This document shows positions 1 through 10,830 of a stretch of DNA of 64,000 nt, piece by piece; within the stretch, counting starts at the first letter, position 1; each line of letters opens with the position of its first letter. The notes under the pieces are model-generated. The model made no database searches, was not told the DNA's origin, and was given only the letters and a program-made list of their open reading frames with translations. The DNA is from Picochlorum sp. SENEW3. Its lineage: Eukaryota. Location of the stretch: positions 186,001 to 250,000 of the forward strand of contig CP120463.1 of the NCBI GenBank assembly GCA_034226945.1, given 5' to 3'. Made by a program: the position numbers and the translations under genes.

Positions 1-37
1 GTAAGCAGACATCTATCTGATTATACAAAAAAGACAA

Positions 38-117
38 GGCCGGTGAAGATATTCCATCCATAATTGAATCACCTGATCACGGGATGAATCTTTAACATGC
101 ACCACTATCTGATGGCT
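38..117 (+). ncRNA. Box C/D snoRNA, U33/snR55-like guide for 18S Um (yeast 1269 equivalent)
   Basis: Box C variant GTGAAGA (43-49), D' CTGA (73-76), C'-like GATGA (83-87), box D CTGA (109-112), short terminal stem GGCC/GGCT. Guide CATGCACCACTA pairs with conserved 18S UGGUGGUGCAUG; the D+5 rule points to the U equivalent to yeast Um1269. Confidence 0.75.
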
Positions 118-187
118 TTGTGCTAGTATTGCACGTTCGTTCATAACCTGTGGCTGAGTGCAGGCTCTTTTCAACGAATGAATATAT

Positions 188-432
188 TGCAAGGTAAGGG
201 CGCAGTGCGAAGGGCCACTTCGGCGTATCCTTAATTGTTATGATTAGGGTGAGAATGCTGGGTGAAAGTCCCCGGGCGACCAGGCAGAGAGTGCCATCCC
301 GAGAGGGAAAGACCCACTCCTGCCGATCACATGTGATCGGCGGTGTGGCAGTTCGCCATAGTTACAGTTATGTGGCCAGCAATATTATGCCATTGGTATA
401 ATATTGTGAACAGAACGGGGCTTATTCTTGCA
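188..432 (+). ncRNA. RNase MRP RNA
   Basis: P4 halves GAAAGTCCCC (264-273) and ACGGGGCTTA (415-424); P1 TGCAAG/CTTGCA (188-193/427-432); P2 GGCCAC/GTGGCC (213-218/372-377); P3-like hairpin 221-260; GAGAGTGCC followed by a TCCC-GAGA-GGGA hairpin with the GARAR motif; P19-like hairpin 380-406; T6 run at 448-453. Confidence 0.88.
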
Positions 433-552
433 CTGACGTCCCCCCTCTTTTTTATGTACAGGTTCCTGGGACCATGACATATCATGCAACAAATAAATGG
501 TGCGCTCTTTTGTAGTTTGTGTGCACGAGATGCTATTTTGGTAGGGACATTA

Positions 553-631
553 CGGTATGATGATAGAACATTACCACAGACCTGTTCTGAGATATGTAAT
601 GCTGAAATGGTTTCATGCACCACTCTGACCG
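553..631 (+). ncRNA. Dual-guide box C/D snoRNA for 18S Gm (yeast 1428 and 1271 equivalents)
   Basis: Box C ATGATGA (557-563); guide CACAGACCTGTT before D' CTGA (587-590) pairs with 18S AACAGGUCUGUG; C'-like ATGCTGA (599-605); guide CATGCACCAC before box D CTGA (625-628) pairs with 18S GUGGUGCAUG; terminal stem CGG/CCG. Confidence 0.88.
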
Positions 632-821
632 ATTCGAGTCCACAAATATCAACAGGTCTCTCGTAGTTTGACAGAGTTGATGCATTTTGTCATCATACAA
701 CATGCTACTGCAGATTGAATGAAGCAAGCGATAATAACAATAATTACTGTTATTCCCATATACTGTATTGATTATATATTTTTTACATTCACAACAAATA
801 GTTGTCTACTCTAATACATAG

Positions 822-1760
822 TTACTCTTCTTCAGCGACATCTCCAACGATTGGCTCAGCTGGTCTCTCAATCACTTCGCTAACCTCGGCGGAATAATCA
901 CCGTGTACTTCCATGAGCTTGTTGAGATCAAACTTTGGAGCTCTCAGGAGCTTCACCTTGCGGACAAAGACATTCTGAAGAGGATAAATTCCTTGGCAAG
1001 CCTTCTCAATTTCTTTACCAATAGCTTCTGGGATAAACTTTCCTACCAATTCCTTAAGATCACAAGAAGTGGCTTCTCTAGTCATGATTTCAACCATCTT
1101 GGCACGGATCTGACGGATCTGAGAACTGCGGGCATACGCAGTCTTCTTTACCTGACCCTGGCGCTTCTTTGTGAAGCCAATGCAGAACATGCGAAGATAA
1201 TAGTTATCGGTGGTCTTAACATCGACGTGAGCCTCGATCAAAGTCTGCCACTTGCGGACAAGAGAGCGGAGCTTGTCTGTGGTGAGGTCCATTCCATAGA
1301 AGTGAGTCAGGCAGTTGCGGCCCTGCACGTCTTCTACACGAAGCTTGACATTACGGTAGGCATCAGCCTCATTCTTCTGCAAATCTGCAAGGGATACATT
1401 GATGACTCTTCCCTTGAGCCCATCGGAGGCAATCTTAGTACCCTGAGTACGAGTCACCAAGGTCTTTCCGATGTTCTTCACGTTGAAGATTGTTGGTGCC
1501 TTAATATCATACCAATCCTTCTTAGCGAATGGATCCTGACTGCATACGTATTCAATAGAGTACAAGTCAGATGATGGTTCGAAAACGTCAATGGCGGATT
1601 CCGCCGACGCCCAGACTGGCGACAACGAATATCCCCCAAACTCCGATTTGGATCACACCAATCCATCGTTCATTGTTCAATCATTCTAAAAAGAAACGTA
1701 CGCCTTCTTCTTTCCTCCCTTCTTTCCCTTGGACAAACGTTTATTCTTTCCCACAGCCAT
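822..1760 (-). CDS. RPS3A: 40S ribosomal protein S3a (eS1), 2 exons (1702-1760, 822-1539)
   Basis: [19 protein letters not shown] start, spliced at GTACGT..TGCAG to [15 protein letters not shown]; 258 aa. Confidence 0.97.
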
Positions 1761-2454
1761 GGTGAATACGTCTACAATGAAACAAAATATGACCAGTCAG
1801 CCACTATACTACTCCAATATATCTCATAGGAGAGAAACCATGTCCTATTCATTGGGAAAAGAGCACACATTCGCGGGAGAGTGCGGCCGTCGACGTCCTC
1901 CCTCACTCCGTTCCCATCAACAGTACTCTTTGATGGTGCAAATCTGAGAGACGCCAGCCGTCACCGTCACTCTCTATTCCCCATACTGCTCGATATATGA
2001 CACGAAAGCCCGCAAAATTGATCCTCATGAATAGAAATATGTGATATATATCACTAGATCTAGCTTTCTTGCACTCATCACGCTGCCAGACGACAGAAGA
2101 ATTCGCCGCACATGAGAGTTGCTCAGTTCTGACTGATATCGCTGCCATTCGACTGGTTTCTCTCCTACTTTTCCATCAAAATGATTTCTTACCTGGTATC
2201 TATAATTATAGTAAAATGAGAAATTGAATACGGTAGCGCCGAGTAGCAGAGACGACGGCATGTACTCGAGGGCTCATGGGCAAACACCGCTGTGGTACCA
2301 AGTCCTATCATTGAGGTTCTTGGATGGGAAGGACACGTTCTTACTTCTTTGAGGAGCCACGAATCTGAACACAGGGAGTCTCATGCGGTGTGCATTGGTA
2401 TTTCATTTTCCATTCACTCATAGTATTCAGTACACATCCGTGGTGGGTAAAAGT

Positions 2455-2763
2455 ATGGGTTTCTGGCTGGGTAGCCTCATCTTTGCGTGCTTGGAAGTTG
2501 TCGGGTTTCTTGGCGTTGAGGGTATTCTTGGCAAGCAATATAGAAGAGAGAGATTAGATAATAGGTTCAATAATAAAAATACTCTGTACGTGGGGATATG
2601 AGTGTCTTTGAAAGCGTTGGTTCATGGGATGAGTGACCGTTCAATGCTGTGCAGATTGCCTCAGCTCTTGGTGGGTACTGCCGTGTTTTGTTGTTGGATG
2701 ATGTGGGCTATTGTATACATAGGTCAGATGTATCCATTGGTGAATCCTGTCCTCTCAGGGTGA
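2455..2763 (+). CDS. VHA-e: V-type ATPase subunit e, 2 exons (2455-2585, 2655-2763); not captured intact by the ORF track
   Basis: Spliced 79-aa product [10 protein letters not shown]...[26 protein letters not shown], matching the subunit e CCWxxWAIxY..QxxPL motif. Confidence 0.9.
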
Positions 2764-2900
2764 GAGAGTGCCAGCCAAGGAGAGGATACGTTTTGGGTAC
2801 CCAACCCTGTCATCTTTTTGTTTTGTTTCTCAATAAAAATTCTCAATTGATTTTACAGAATATAACTCGAAAATTTTAGCATGGGTTTACAATAGACTCC

Positions 2901-5179
2901 TCAAGCTGTCAGGAGGTTTCCCTCTGGGCTCTTCTGCTTCTCAACGGCATCAATGTTGACTTGTGGAATTTGGGTGTACTTTTGGAGGATGTCTCTGAAC
3001 TCATCACCGCCCATTGTTTCCTTCTCCAGCAGCACTTCCACAATCTTGTCCACGGCTTCTCTGTTTTCCTGCATGTGTTTCAGGGCCACTTCGTAGGCAT
3101 CCTGGGCAATTTCTTTGACTGCTGCATCGATTCTACCCTGCAAAGACTCGGAGATGGAGTTGCGTGCCATCATTCTCATGATCATGTCCTGGCTCTGGGC
3201 TGATGGGTCTTGAAGGGAGAATGGACCAATTTCAGAGAATCCATAGTTGATAACCATGGCTCTAGCCATGTTTGTTACCTGTTGCAAGTCACTAGAGGCG
3301 CCTGTGGTTACCTCAGCATCTCCAAAGACAACCTCCTCTGCGGCTCGACCACCCAAGGCTCCCACAATTCGTGCGAAAATCTGTGCCTTAGAGATCAACG
3401 AAGGGTCCTCTCCTGGAAGGAACCATGTGAGACCACGAGCCTGTCCCCTTGGGATCAAGGTGACCTTCTGCACTGGGTCATGGCCGGGAGTCAATGAGGC
3501 ACACAAGGCATGCCCAACTTCGTGGTATGCCACCAGCATTTTTGATCTTCCATCAGTCATTCGTGTTCCCTCCATGCCAGCAACAATGCGATCAATTGAA
3601 TCATCAATTTCAGCCTGTGAAATAGATTCCTTGTTTCTGCGTCCAGCCAGAATTGCAGCCTCATTCATCAAGTTTGACAAGTCAGCTCCAGAAAAACCTG
3701 GTGTTCTCAGGGCAACCTCTTTCAAGTCCAAGTCATCACCCAATTTCTTATTTCTAGAGTGTACCTGGAGAATCGAGAGACGTCCACCCTGGTCTGGCAC
3801 ATCAACTGTCACTTGACGGTCAAATCTTCCTGGGCGGAGAAGGGCATTATCCAAGATATCAGCTCTGTTCGTGGCTGCAACCACGATAATACCAGTATTA
3901 CCTTCAAATCCATCCATCTCTGTCAAGAGCTGGTTCAATGTTTGCTCTCTTTCGTCGTTTCCTCCACCAACACCTGTACCACGAGATCTACCAACAGCAT
4001 CAATCTCATCGATAAAGACTATGCAAGGGGCATTCTCCTTGGCCTTTTTGAAAAGATCCCTCACACGGGATGCACCAACACCGACAAACATTTCGACGAA
4101 TTCGGATCCTGAAATTGAGAAGAATGGCACTCCTGCCTCTCCTGCAATAGCCTTGGCCAGAAGAGTCTTACCAGTACCTGGTGGGCCAACCAAGAGGCAT
4201 CCCTTTGGGATTTTGGCGCCAACGGCTGTGAAACGCTCTGGCTTCTTCAAGAATTCCACGATTTCCTGGAAATCCTGCTTTGCTTCATCAACTCCAGCGA
4301 CGTCTCCGAAAGTCACTCCAGTGTTTGGTTCCATCTGGAATCTGGCCTTGCTCTTTCCGAATGCCATGGGGTTCCCTGGACCACCTGGTCCCATTGGGCC
4401 TCCACCCCTCCTGGACAATAAGAAAAGACCTCCAACAAGAAGCAATGGGAACGCCAAGTTGCCAATCAGACTCAGGAAAATTGAGCCCCCATCCTCCTGC
4501 TGGGCATGGGCGGCGAAATCCACCTTCTTCTCTCTGAACTTCTGCAAAAGTTCACTGGATGTTCCAGGGAGCTGAACACGCACACGCTGTACTCTGTTTC
4601 CTAATTCTGGGGAAACAGCTTCAACAATGGCAATGGTTCCATTCTCATACAGATCAACCTTCTTCACCCGTCCCATATCCAAGTACTCCAGGAATCTGGA
4701 ATAGGACATTCTGGACGAGGCAACATTCGTCGCATCATCAGCCTTGGCGGCTCCAGCAAAAGTACTCAAAGCACTAGCTCCGGCAAGAAGACTGCAAAAA
4801 GTATCAATCACTTGTTATTAGTAGATCCTGAAAGGAACCCAAGATCACTTTGACGACGTACCTGGCAAGCTGGCGTCTTGAAGTCACCTGATCTTCGCCC
4901 TACACAACATAAACATAGCGTTAGCAATTGCAAATTGGATTCTGTCCATCTCCCATCCACACGTACCTCAATTTCTGCCCTGACGGCAACATTTCTGACC
5001 CTTCCATGGGCCATTCTGCAGAATGCAGGTCCTGCAAGATGTAAAATCAATCATAGTCAACAAAGTGGGTATAAACATGCCGTAGATTACCATGACGAGG
5101 TGAACAATGAGTATCACATCCTGTATCCTCCAACCCCACACAAGCAACGCATCACCTACTACATCACAAGTGATGCCAT
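2901..5179 (-). CDS. FTSH2: Thylakoid FtsH protease, type B (FtsH2/VAR2-like), multi-exon; exact start uncertain
   Basis: [13 protein letters not shown], Walker [14 protein letters not shown] zinc motif; small upstream exons give a transit peptide (VAVRA) and a twin-arginine SRRQL thylakoid signal. Confidence 0.93.
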
Positions 5180-5618
5180 TTTCACCACATCAAATTATCT
5201 ATTGAACATACTTTGAGTCCTAGAAGTGCTCAAAGCCTTCAACCCACATCGTGTGGTTGAATGGCTCAAAGAGTTTGCGAGCATCATCAGTCTGTCGATA
5301 AATGCGATTTCTTTCGTAAAATCTATTCAAGAATAATAGATTATGGTAATAAAATTTACGTTTGTCTTCATCCGATGGAATCCTCGTGCTATATGAAGCC
5401 TTGCATTGCTCGGATTGCCTGTGGTCCTGGACCATTGGTCCATCGCGTGGTCCTAAACAGACGATATGCACATCCACATGGGACATCCCGGCTGGTGGGG
5501 TGACAGGGCCAAACGATGCATAGTTTGGCACTCTGTGGACTTAATTGTAGGAGTTAATGGGTTCTATCAACATTTAAAATCATTATAACGAAATGGAGAG
5601 GGTATCAATATCAATATG

Positions 5619-7291
5619 TCAAACAATCAGGGAGCGAGGGAGATCACAAACATAGGTGCTGAATGTATTCTGTGGGTTCAAGATGACCACATACAGCTGA
5701 TCAATCGCAGAAATTCCTGCTCTAGAACTTCTACTCGAATTTGCCGGTAATAGCAGGGAAACGAGGAGAGGTTCTTGCACACGAGCTGGGAGGAGGACAT
5801 CATCTTCCTGATGCTGGTCAGTGTCTTTAGGCACATCCAAGAGGCGAACGGGCTCTTCATTTTCCTGGGCGCTATCATCTGGGTGAAGTTTTAAGCCGCT
5901 TGATCTACCTTTGAACCCGTGAGTTCCCATGACGTACTTTTCAATGCTCCTTTTGCTCCGAAGTCTATTCTTTGCTGGAACATCATCTGCATGGAATTCA
6001 AAGACCTTTCTGCACATTTGTGGAGCCTCGAGCCCCGCTGATTCAAATATTCTTTCTGTTAACGCTGGGAAAGCGGTGGCAGCAGGAAGAGTGTTCTTTT
6101 CAATATCAGAGTCTGCCTTGTCAAGAGCAAGAGCAGCAGGTGCAATATCTTTAAGATTTGCAAGAGCATGCTTTGGAAGCTCTTGTACTCCCTGATCATT
6201 CAATAGAGCATGAACAGTTTCATTGAAATAGTCTGATAGACTGGCCTCCTCGGCGCTACTCTCATGAACCATCATGAGGCTCCTTCCCTTCTGTGTCAGT
6301 AGTGGCCTCTGTTGGGAGGATGAATGGCCTCCTTCCGGCAAATATCCAACAGATGCCGAAACCACCTGATCTGTCTTTCTAATACTTATTGGGCTCATGA
6401 ATAAAAACAACGAGAAAAGAGTCAAAAATGCTGCACCAGTCCCTCCAATCTTCTTCCTCTTGGAATTCCTAGGTTGCACCGCAGAGTCCACTGCACCTTG
6501 TGTCTGGGACGAGGAAGCACCAGACGCTCCATCTGACCTATTGGCGGTCCCTTTTGCATCTGGAATGGTGATGCATTTAGCCACTGGAGCACCTTTTGCG
6601 TCAGATTGAGATGGCTTCAGAGCAGTGGGGACATCTGGGACAGCCAATTTAGCAGCTTGACAGACATCCTTCAGATGATGCCGGAGCAGACAATTCTCGG
6701 CGGCTAATCTTTGAATAAACAAATTCAGTTGCGAATTCTGTTTCTTCAATTCTTGGCAAGAACGTTGCAAATTCATGAGTTGCTCCTTTTTCCGAAGCCT
6801 GGACAGATGTGCATTTTCTCTATTCCTTTTCATCCTAGCCAACCTCTTCTCTTCCTCCAGCCTCTCTTTATCATCTTTGATCTCGGTTTCTTTCGATATA
6901 TCTTCTTTGTCTGACGAAGATCTACCAGCGGTATTCCTGTTTCCACTCTCCGAAGTGGAAGGCGTTGCTGCATTTCCAGTCTGAGATGCTGTACCAACAT
7001 CCGTAGGCGTTGTCATATCTCTGTCAACCTCATCTCCGTCAAACATAGCCAGCAAATCGTCCAAATCTAATTCACAAGTGAGATCAGAGCTCAATAAATC
7101 AGGAGGCAACTCTTCGAGACCAGGAAAAAAGGCAGGGTCCGCTTCAAGTCCCAAATCCGCCATCTGTAGCAAAAATAATATCACATTAGTTTATTATATA
7201 AACATCCGTTCGTTGATAACGGGATATATGCTGAAGCGGCAAGTGTTTCTAAACTCACCTGCGGTTCTTTGCCCAGTTCAAAGTCTGCCAT
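5619..7291 (-). CDS. Membrane-anchored bZIP transcription factor, bZIP17/28/49-like (exons 7259-7291, 5619-7163)
   Basis: Basic region KRLARMKRNRENAHLSRLRKK with a leucine zipper; KRKK then TM helix AAFLTLFSLFLFM; lumenal GRSLMMV and C-terminal LYVVIL..TYVCDLPR resemble plant bZIP17/28. Confidence 0.8.
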
Positions 7292-7812
7292 GCCCTGTAT
7301 CGTGACACGCTTGAAAATAATAGGCTATCTACTACAGAAAAATTATTTCAAAACCAAACGAGGCACTGAAAACGGCCACTCGGCGTCGTCGATGTCTCCT
7401 AGACTGAGCCGTGTGCTGTTTCTAGAATCTTTGTGACAGGCTGAATCATACAATAACAGTCATATTCTCAGACGTGTTTTGTCATGGAATTTCCTCAATT
7501 TATAACCATTTTCGAGCACAGACGATGGGTCCAAATCCCCACGGGACAGGAGTGTGTTGCAGCGCTCGTGCGTGTTCTGCATGCCCTATCAAGGGTCATG
7601 TTGGATGGTTACATGAATGAAACACGTTCAGGAAAAGAAAGTTTTGGGGCTGAAACCATCAATAGCCCCTTGGGCCAACTGCATTCGGTCCAAGAAAGAT
7701 AATAGAGATGCCACTGTGAGACAGAATAATTGCTATGATATTCTCTAGTTGATTCATCACTTTTAATACCCGCTCTCAGGCGACGGGGCCAAATGTTCAA
7801 GTGACACAAGCC

Positions 7813-8913
7813 ATGAGAAGAAGGGGAGTTGGACAGAGTTCTCGGAGCTATTTCTCCATCATCAGGAGGTTGTTATCATCTCTCACTGAGTCTGAAAGAA
7901 TAGGTTTCTGTTTTGATATCGATGGGGTTCTTACAAAGGGAAGCAGAGCATTGCCAGAAGCTCAAAGAGCTCTAGAGATTCTGCACAACTCAAATGGAAA
8001 GCCCAGGATGCCTGTGGCATACCTAACCAATGGAGGTGGTGTCACGGAGGGTGATCGATCTAAACAGTTGGCATCTATGTTTGGGATTCAGATAGATCCC
8101 GAGCAGATGATTCTGAGCCATTCTCCTTTTCGTAAGCTCAGTTCAAAGTTTCAGTCCAAGCCTGTACTTGTTGTTGGAAGGGGTGACTCGCAACATGTTG
8201 CGAGGCACTATGGGTATTCCCACATCATATCATCAAAGCAATTGATAGAAAGAAATCCATCATGTGTACCTTTTATGAACGCAGAGAGCATGCATGCAGA
8301 CTCTGAGGGAGTGCCACGGTATGGGACTGAACAGAATCCAATAGAAGCGATAATGATATTTACTGACCCTTCGGACTGGTACTTGGAAATTCAAGTCATA
8401 CTAGATCTGCTGCTATACGGTGGGGTTTTTGGTGGAACAACTGAATACCTGAACAGTCGAGGACAGCAGCCGCAGTTGTTCATTTCACATGGGGATTCAG
8501 TTTGGTCCAATGAATTTCCTACCCCTCGATTGGGCCTGGGATCTTTCACGTCATGTTTGGAGACACTATATAAAGATAGAACTGGAATGAATCTAGCGTA
8601 TAGAGTGTTTGGAAAGCCACACAGGGAAGCATATTTGCTTGCTGAAGACGCACTCCAAGCTCAAGCATCAAAATTGTGGAATGCACCCACATGCTCGAAA
8701 ATTTTCGCTATTGGGGACAACCCTTCTGCGGATATTAGAGGAGCTAATAGACAAGGAGATCCTTGGGTTAGCGTTCTTGTTCGAACCGGAGTCTTCAATG
8801 GTGGCTTGAACTGCTCTGTTGACCCAGCACATATCGTAGTGGACAATGTTGAGGACGCTATCCTCACAGCCATGAATCATTGCAGGAGAGATAGATGGCA
8901 TTCTTTACGATAA
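7813..8913 (+). CDS. HAD class IIA hydrolase, HDHD5/CECR5-like
   Basis: FDIDGVL, LTNGGG, FGKP and IGDNPSADIRGAN motifs. Confidence 0.88.
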   Translation: MRRRGVGQSSRSYFSIIRRLLSSLTESERIGFCFDIDGVLTKGSRALPEAQRALEILHNSNGKPRMPVAYLTNGGGVTEGDRSKQLASMFGIQIDPEQMILSHSPFRKLSSKFQSKPVLVVGRGDSQHVARHYGYSHIISSKQLIERNPSCVPFMNAESMHADSEGVPRYGTEQNPIEAIMIFTDPSDWYLEIQVILDLLLYGGVFGGTTEYLNSRGQQPQLFISHGDSVWSNEFPTPRLGLGSFTSCLETLYKDRTGMNLAYRVFGKPHREAYLLAEDALQAQASKLWNAPTCSKIFAIGDNPSADIRGANRQGDPWVSVLVRTGVFNGGLNCSVDPAHIVVDNVEDAILTAMNHCRRDRWHSLR

Positions 8914-8941
8914 ATAAGTAGATAAATAAATACACAACACA

Positions 8942-9555
8942 TTACGCCGTGAACTTCAGACACCGGGTCTCATTGTGAATGACTGAGCATTTCAAGCAAC
9001 AATACCTCGTGCCACAACGCACACACGTATATGGCGCCCCCTGACCACACACTGAGCAAAAATGCCTCACTGATCGGGTCATCTCTGGCTGTGCAACTGC
9101 TGACAAATATGTCGGTTCATACTCGGGAAAATCCTCGAGATTGTCTTGGTCAATCCAATCTTGTAGTGTCTTTGGTCCTCTCCCTTTCCCAACAACAGGG
9201 CCCCTTCGTTTACCCCTTTTCCCCTTCTTCTTCCTCTTCTTCCCTACCATCTCATCATCCTCGTCATTTGAATCCTCAAGCACAAATTCTTCGTCATCTG
9301 GATCGTCAAAATCACCCTCATCTAATACAGCTGCATCGTTCTCAAGGGCATCGAGACGAGCCTTCGTCGCCTACACCAAGTCATCCACATATATAAATAC
9401 ATGTATCGTGCACATTCATGTCAAACGACAGTCTCATCATCTTTCAGCTGCCTAACATTTGAGTGACATTCTCAACCCACCCTTTTTCTATCGTCCTCAT
9501 CCACTACAGCTACTTTACTCGATATCTTTCGAGTTCTTAATGCCCTTCTCTCCAT
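8942..9555 (-). CDS. SWC6: SWR1 complex subunit SWC6/Vps71/ZNHIT1 (exons 9481-9555, 8942-9370)
   Basis: ARLDALEND motif, PTYLSA, and HIT zinc finger FCSVCG..YTCVRCGTRYCCLKC..HNETRCLK. Confidence 0.9.
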
Positions 9556-9870
9556 CTAAATCTCTATCGACAGCAGCACACGGGGTAACAGCAGCAGCAG
9601 TAACAAATGAACTCTCCTTTGAGTCTTCCAGTCTTCTGCACAGATGCGACTATCTAAGCAACATATTTCATCTCATATTGAAACTCAGAATGACTGTGTT
9701 ATGCTCTAGCTTGGATGTTGAAGGAAATGAACAACAAGAACTGGAGACTGGAAATCAAATTGAATTGTGAGATCTGAGTTCATAGATCTCTGAACCAACG
9801 AGGAGTATGGCAGAATTATTTAATGATACAGATATGCATTGAAAGAAAAGTGGAATAAAATTTTGTCAAA

Positions 9871-10804
9871 ATGGATGAAATGCGAGCAATGCTGGATGAC
9901 CTCATGGGAAAGCACAGAGATGTGCCCCTAACAGAGAGGGAGAAGTTTGTGTACGCTGCGCATTTCTTCGCTTGTATCCATTCATACATTAAAACTATAT
10001 CATATGTTTTGTAGGAAGGAGCGGAAGTTTTCGGATCAGGATGTATGCAAATATTACCTGTGTGGGCTTTGTCCTTACGAAGAGTTCAAAAGGACGAAAA
10101 ATGACCTTGGGAGCTGCCCAAAGGAGCACGATTCAAATTGCCGAGAGCAGTGGAATAGGTTGTCTGAGAGAGAGAAGGAGCGCTATGGGTATGAGAGGGA
10201 TTTAAAGCGTTGGTTGGATAGGTTGGAAGCAGAATTGAAAAAGAGAAAGGATGCAAATCTTGCGAGGATTAATGCGACACAGAAGAATGTGTACTTGGCA
10301 GAAGACCAAGCTGCACTTGATAGAATGGCAACACAGATTGAAGAGTTGCTGCTTGGGGCGCAGGTAAAGGGAGAGCGGGGAGATGTCGATGGAGCAGAGA
10401 TATTGGCTGATCAGGCTGATGCGATCAAGGAGAGGAGGGATGCATTGCAGAGAGACGCTGATACTCGGAGTGGGAATAATATAACCAAAGGGCTGGTGCA
10501 GTCTGTGTGTCCTGTTTCGGGACTTATATTGAATGATGAAGAAGGGAGACTTCGGGATCACCATTCAGGCAGGAATTATAATGCATGGAAGAAGGTTCAT
10601 GAGAAGCATGCTGAGCTGGAAGAGAAGTTTGAGAAGCGACGGCGGTCGAGGCAGCCAGAAAGGAGTAGATCTCCTCGCAGAAGAAGGAGTGATAGAGATG
10701 ATTATAGTAGTAGTAGGAGACGAGGGCATGCCAGGGAAGGTATAGAGAAGAAGAAGACAGAGGATGACGATTCGGAGGAGGAAGAAGGACAGGTGATTGG
10801 GTAA
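9871..10804 (+). CDS. LUC7: U1 snRNP-associated LUC7-like protein (intron 9951-10014)
   Basis: MRAMLDDLMG start, VCKYYLCGLCP zinc finger, degenerate second finger VCPVSG..DHHSG, RS-rich tail. Confidence 0.9.
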
Positions 10805-10830
10805 CAGTAGTTGTAGCAGCGTTACAAATG

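Noticed and set aside
322..341. Perfect 20-bp palindrome GCCGATCACATGTGATCGGC as an operator or transposon end
   Set aside because: Lies inside the RNase MRP RNA and is best read as one of its hairpins.
188..432. RNase P RNA as an alternative identity
   Set aside because: The GAAAGTCCCC/GGGGCTTA P4 and the GARAR-loop hairpin fit MRP better.
327..727. Short ORFs in the first 730 nt
   Set aside because: No protein motifs; the region is explained by MRP and snoRNAs.
1570..1590. GGTTCGAA tRNA T-loop-like motif
   Set aside because: No cloverleaf or A-box context.
2185..2200. CTTACCTGG resembling the U1 snRNA 5' end
   Set aside because: No U1 stem-loops or Sm site follow; more likely a minus-strand splice-donor-like sequence, and no gene model could be built.
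3210..4777. Long antisense ORFs over FtsH2 (likewise over RPS3A, NDA2, aldolase and the aspartic protease)
   Set aside because: Shadow frames of codon-biased genes with no recognisable domains.
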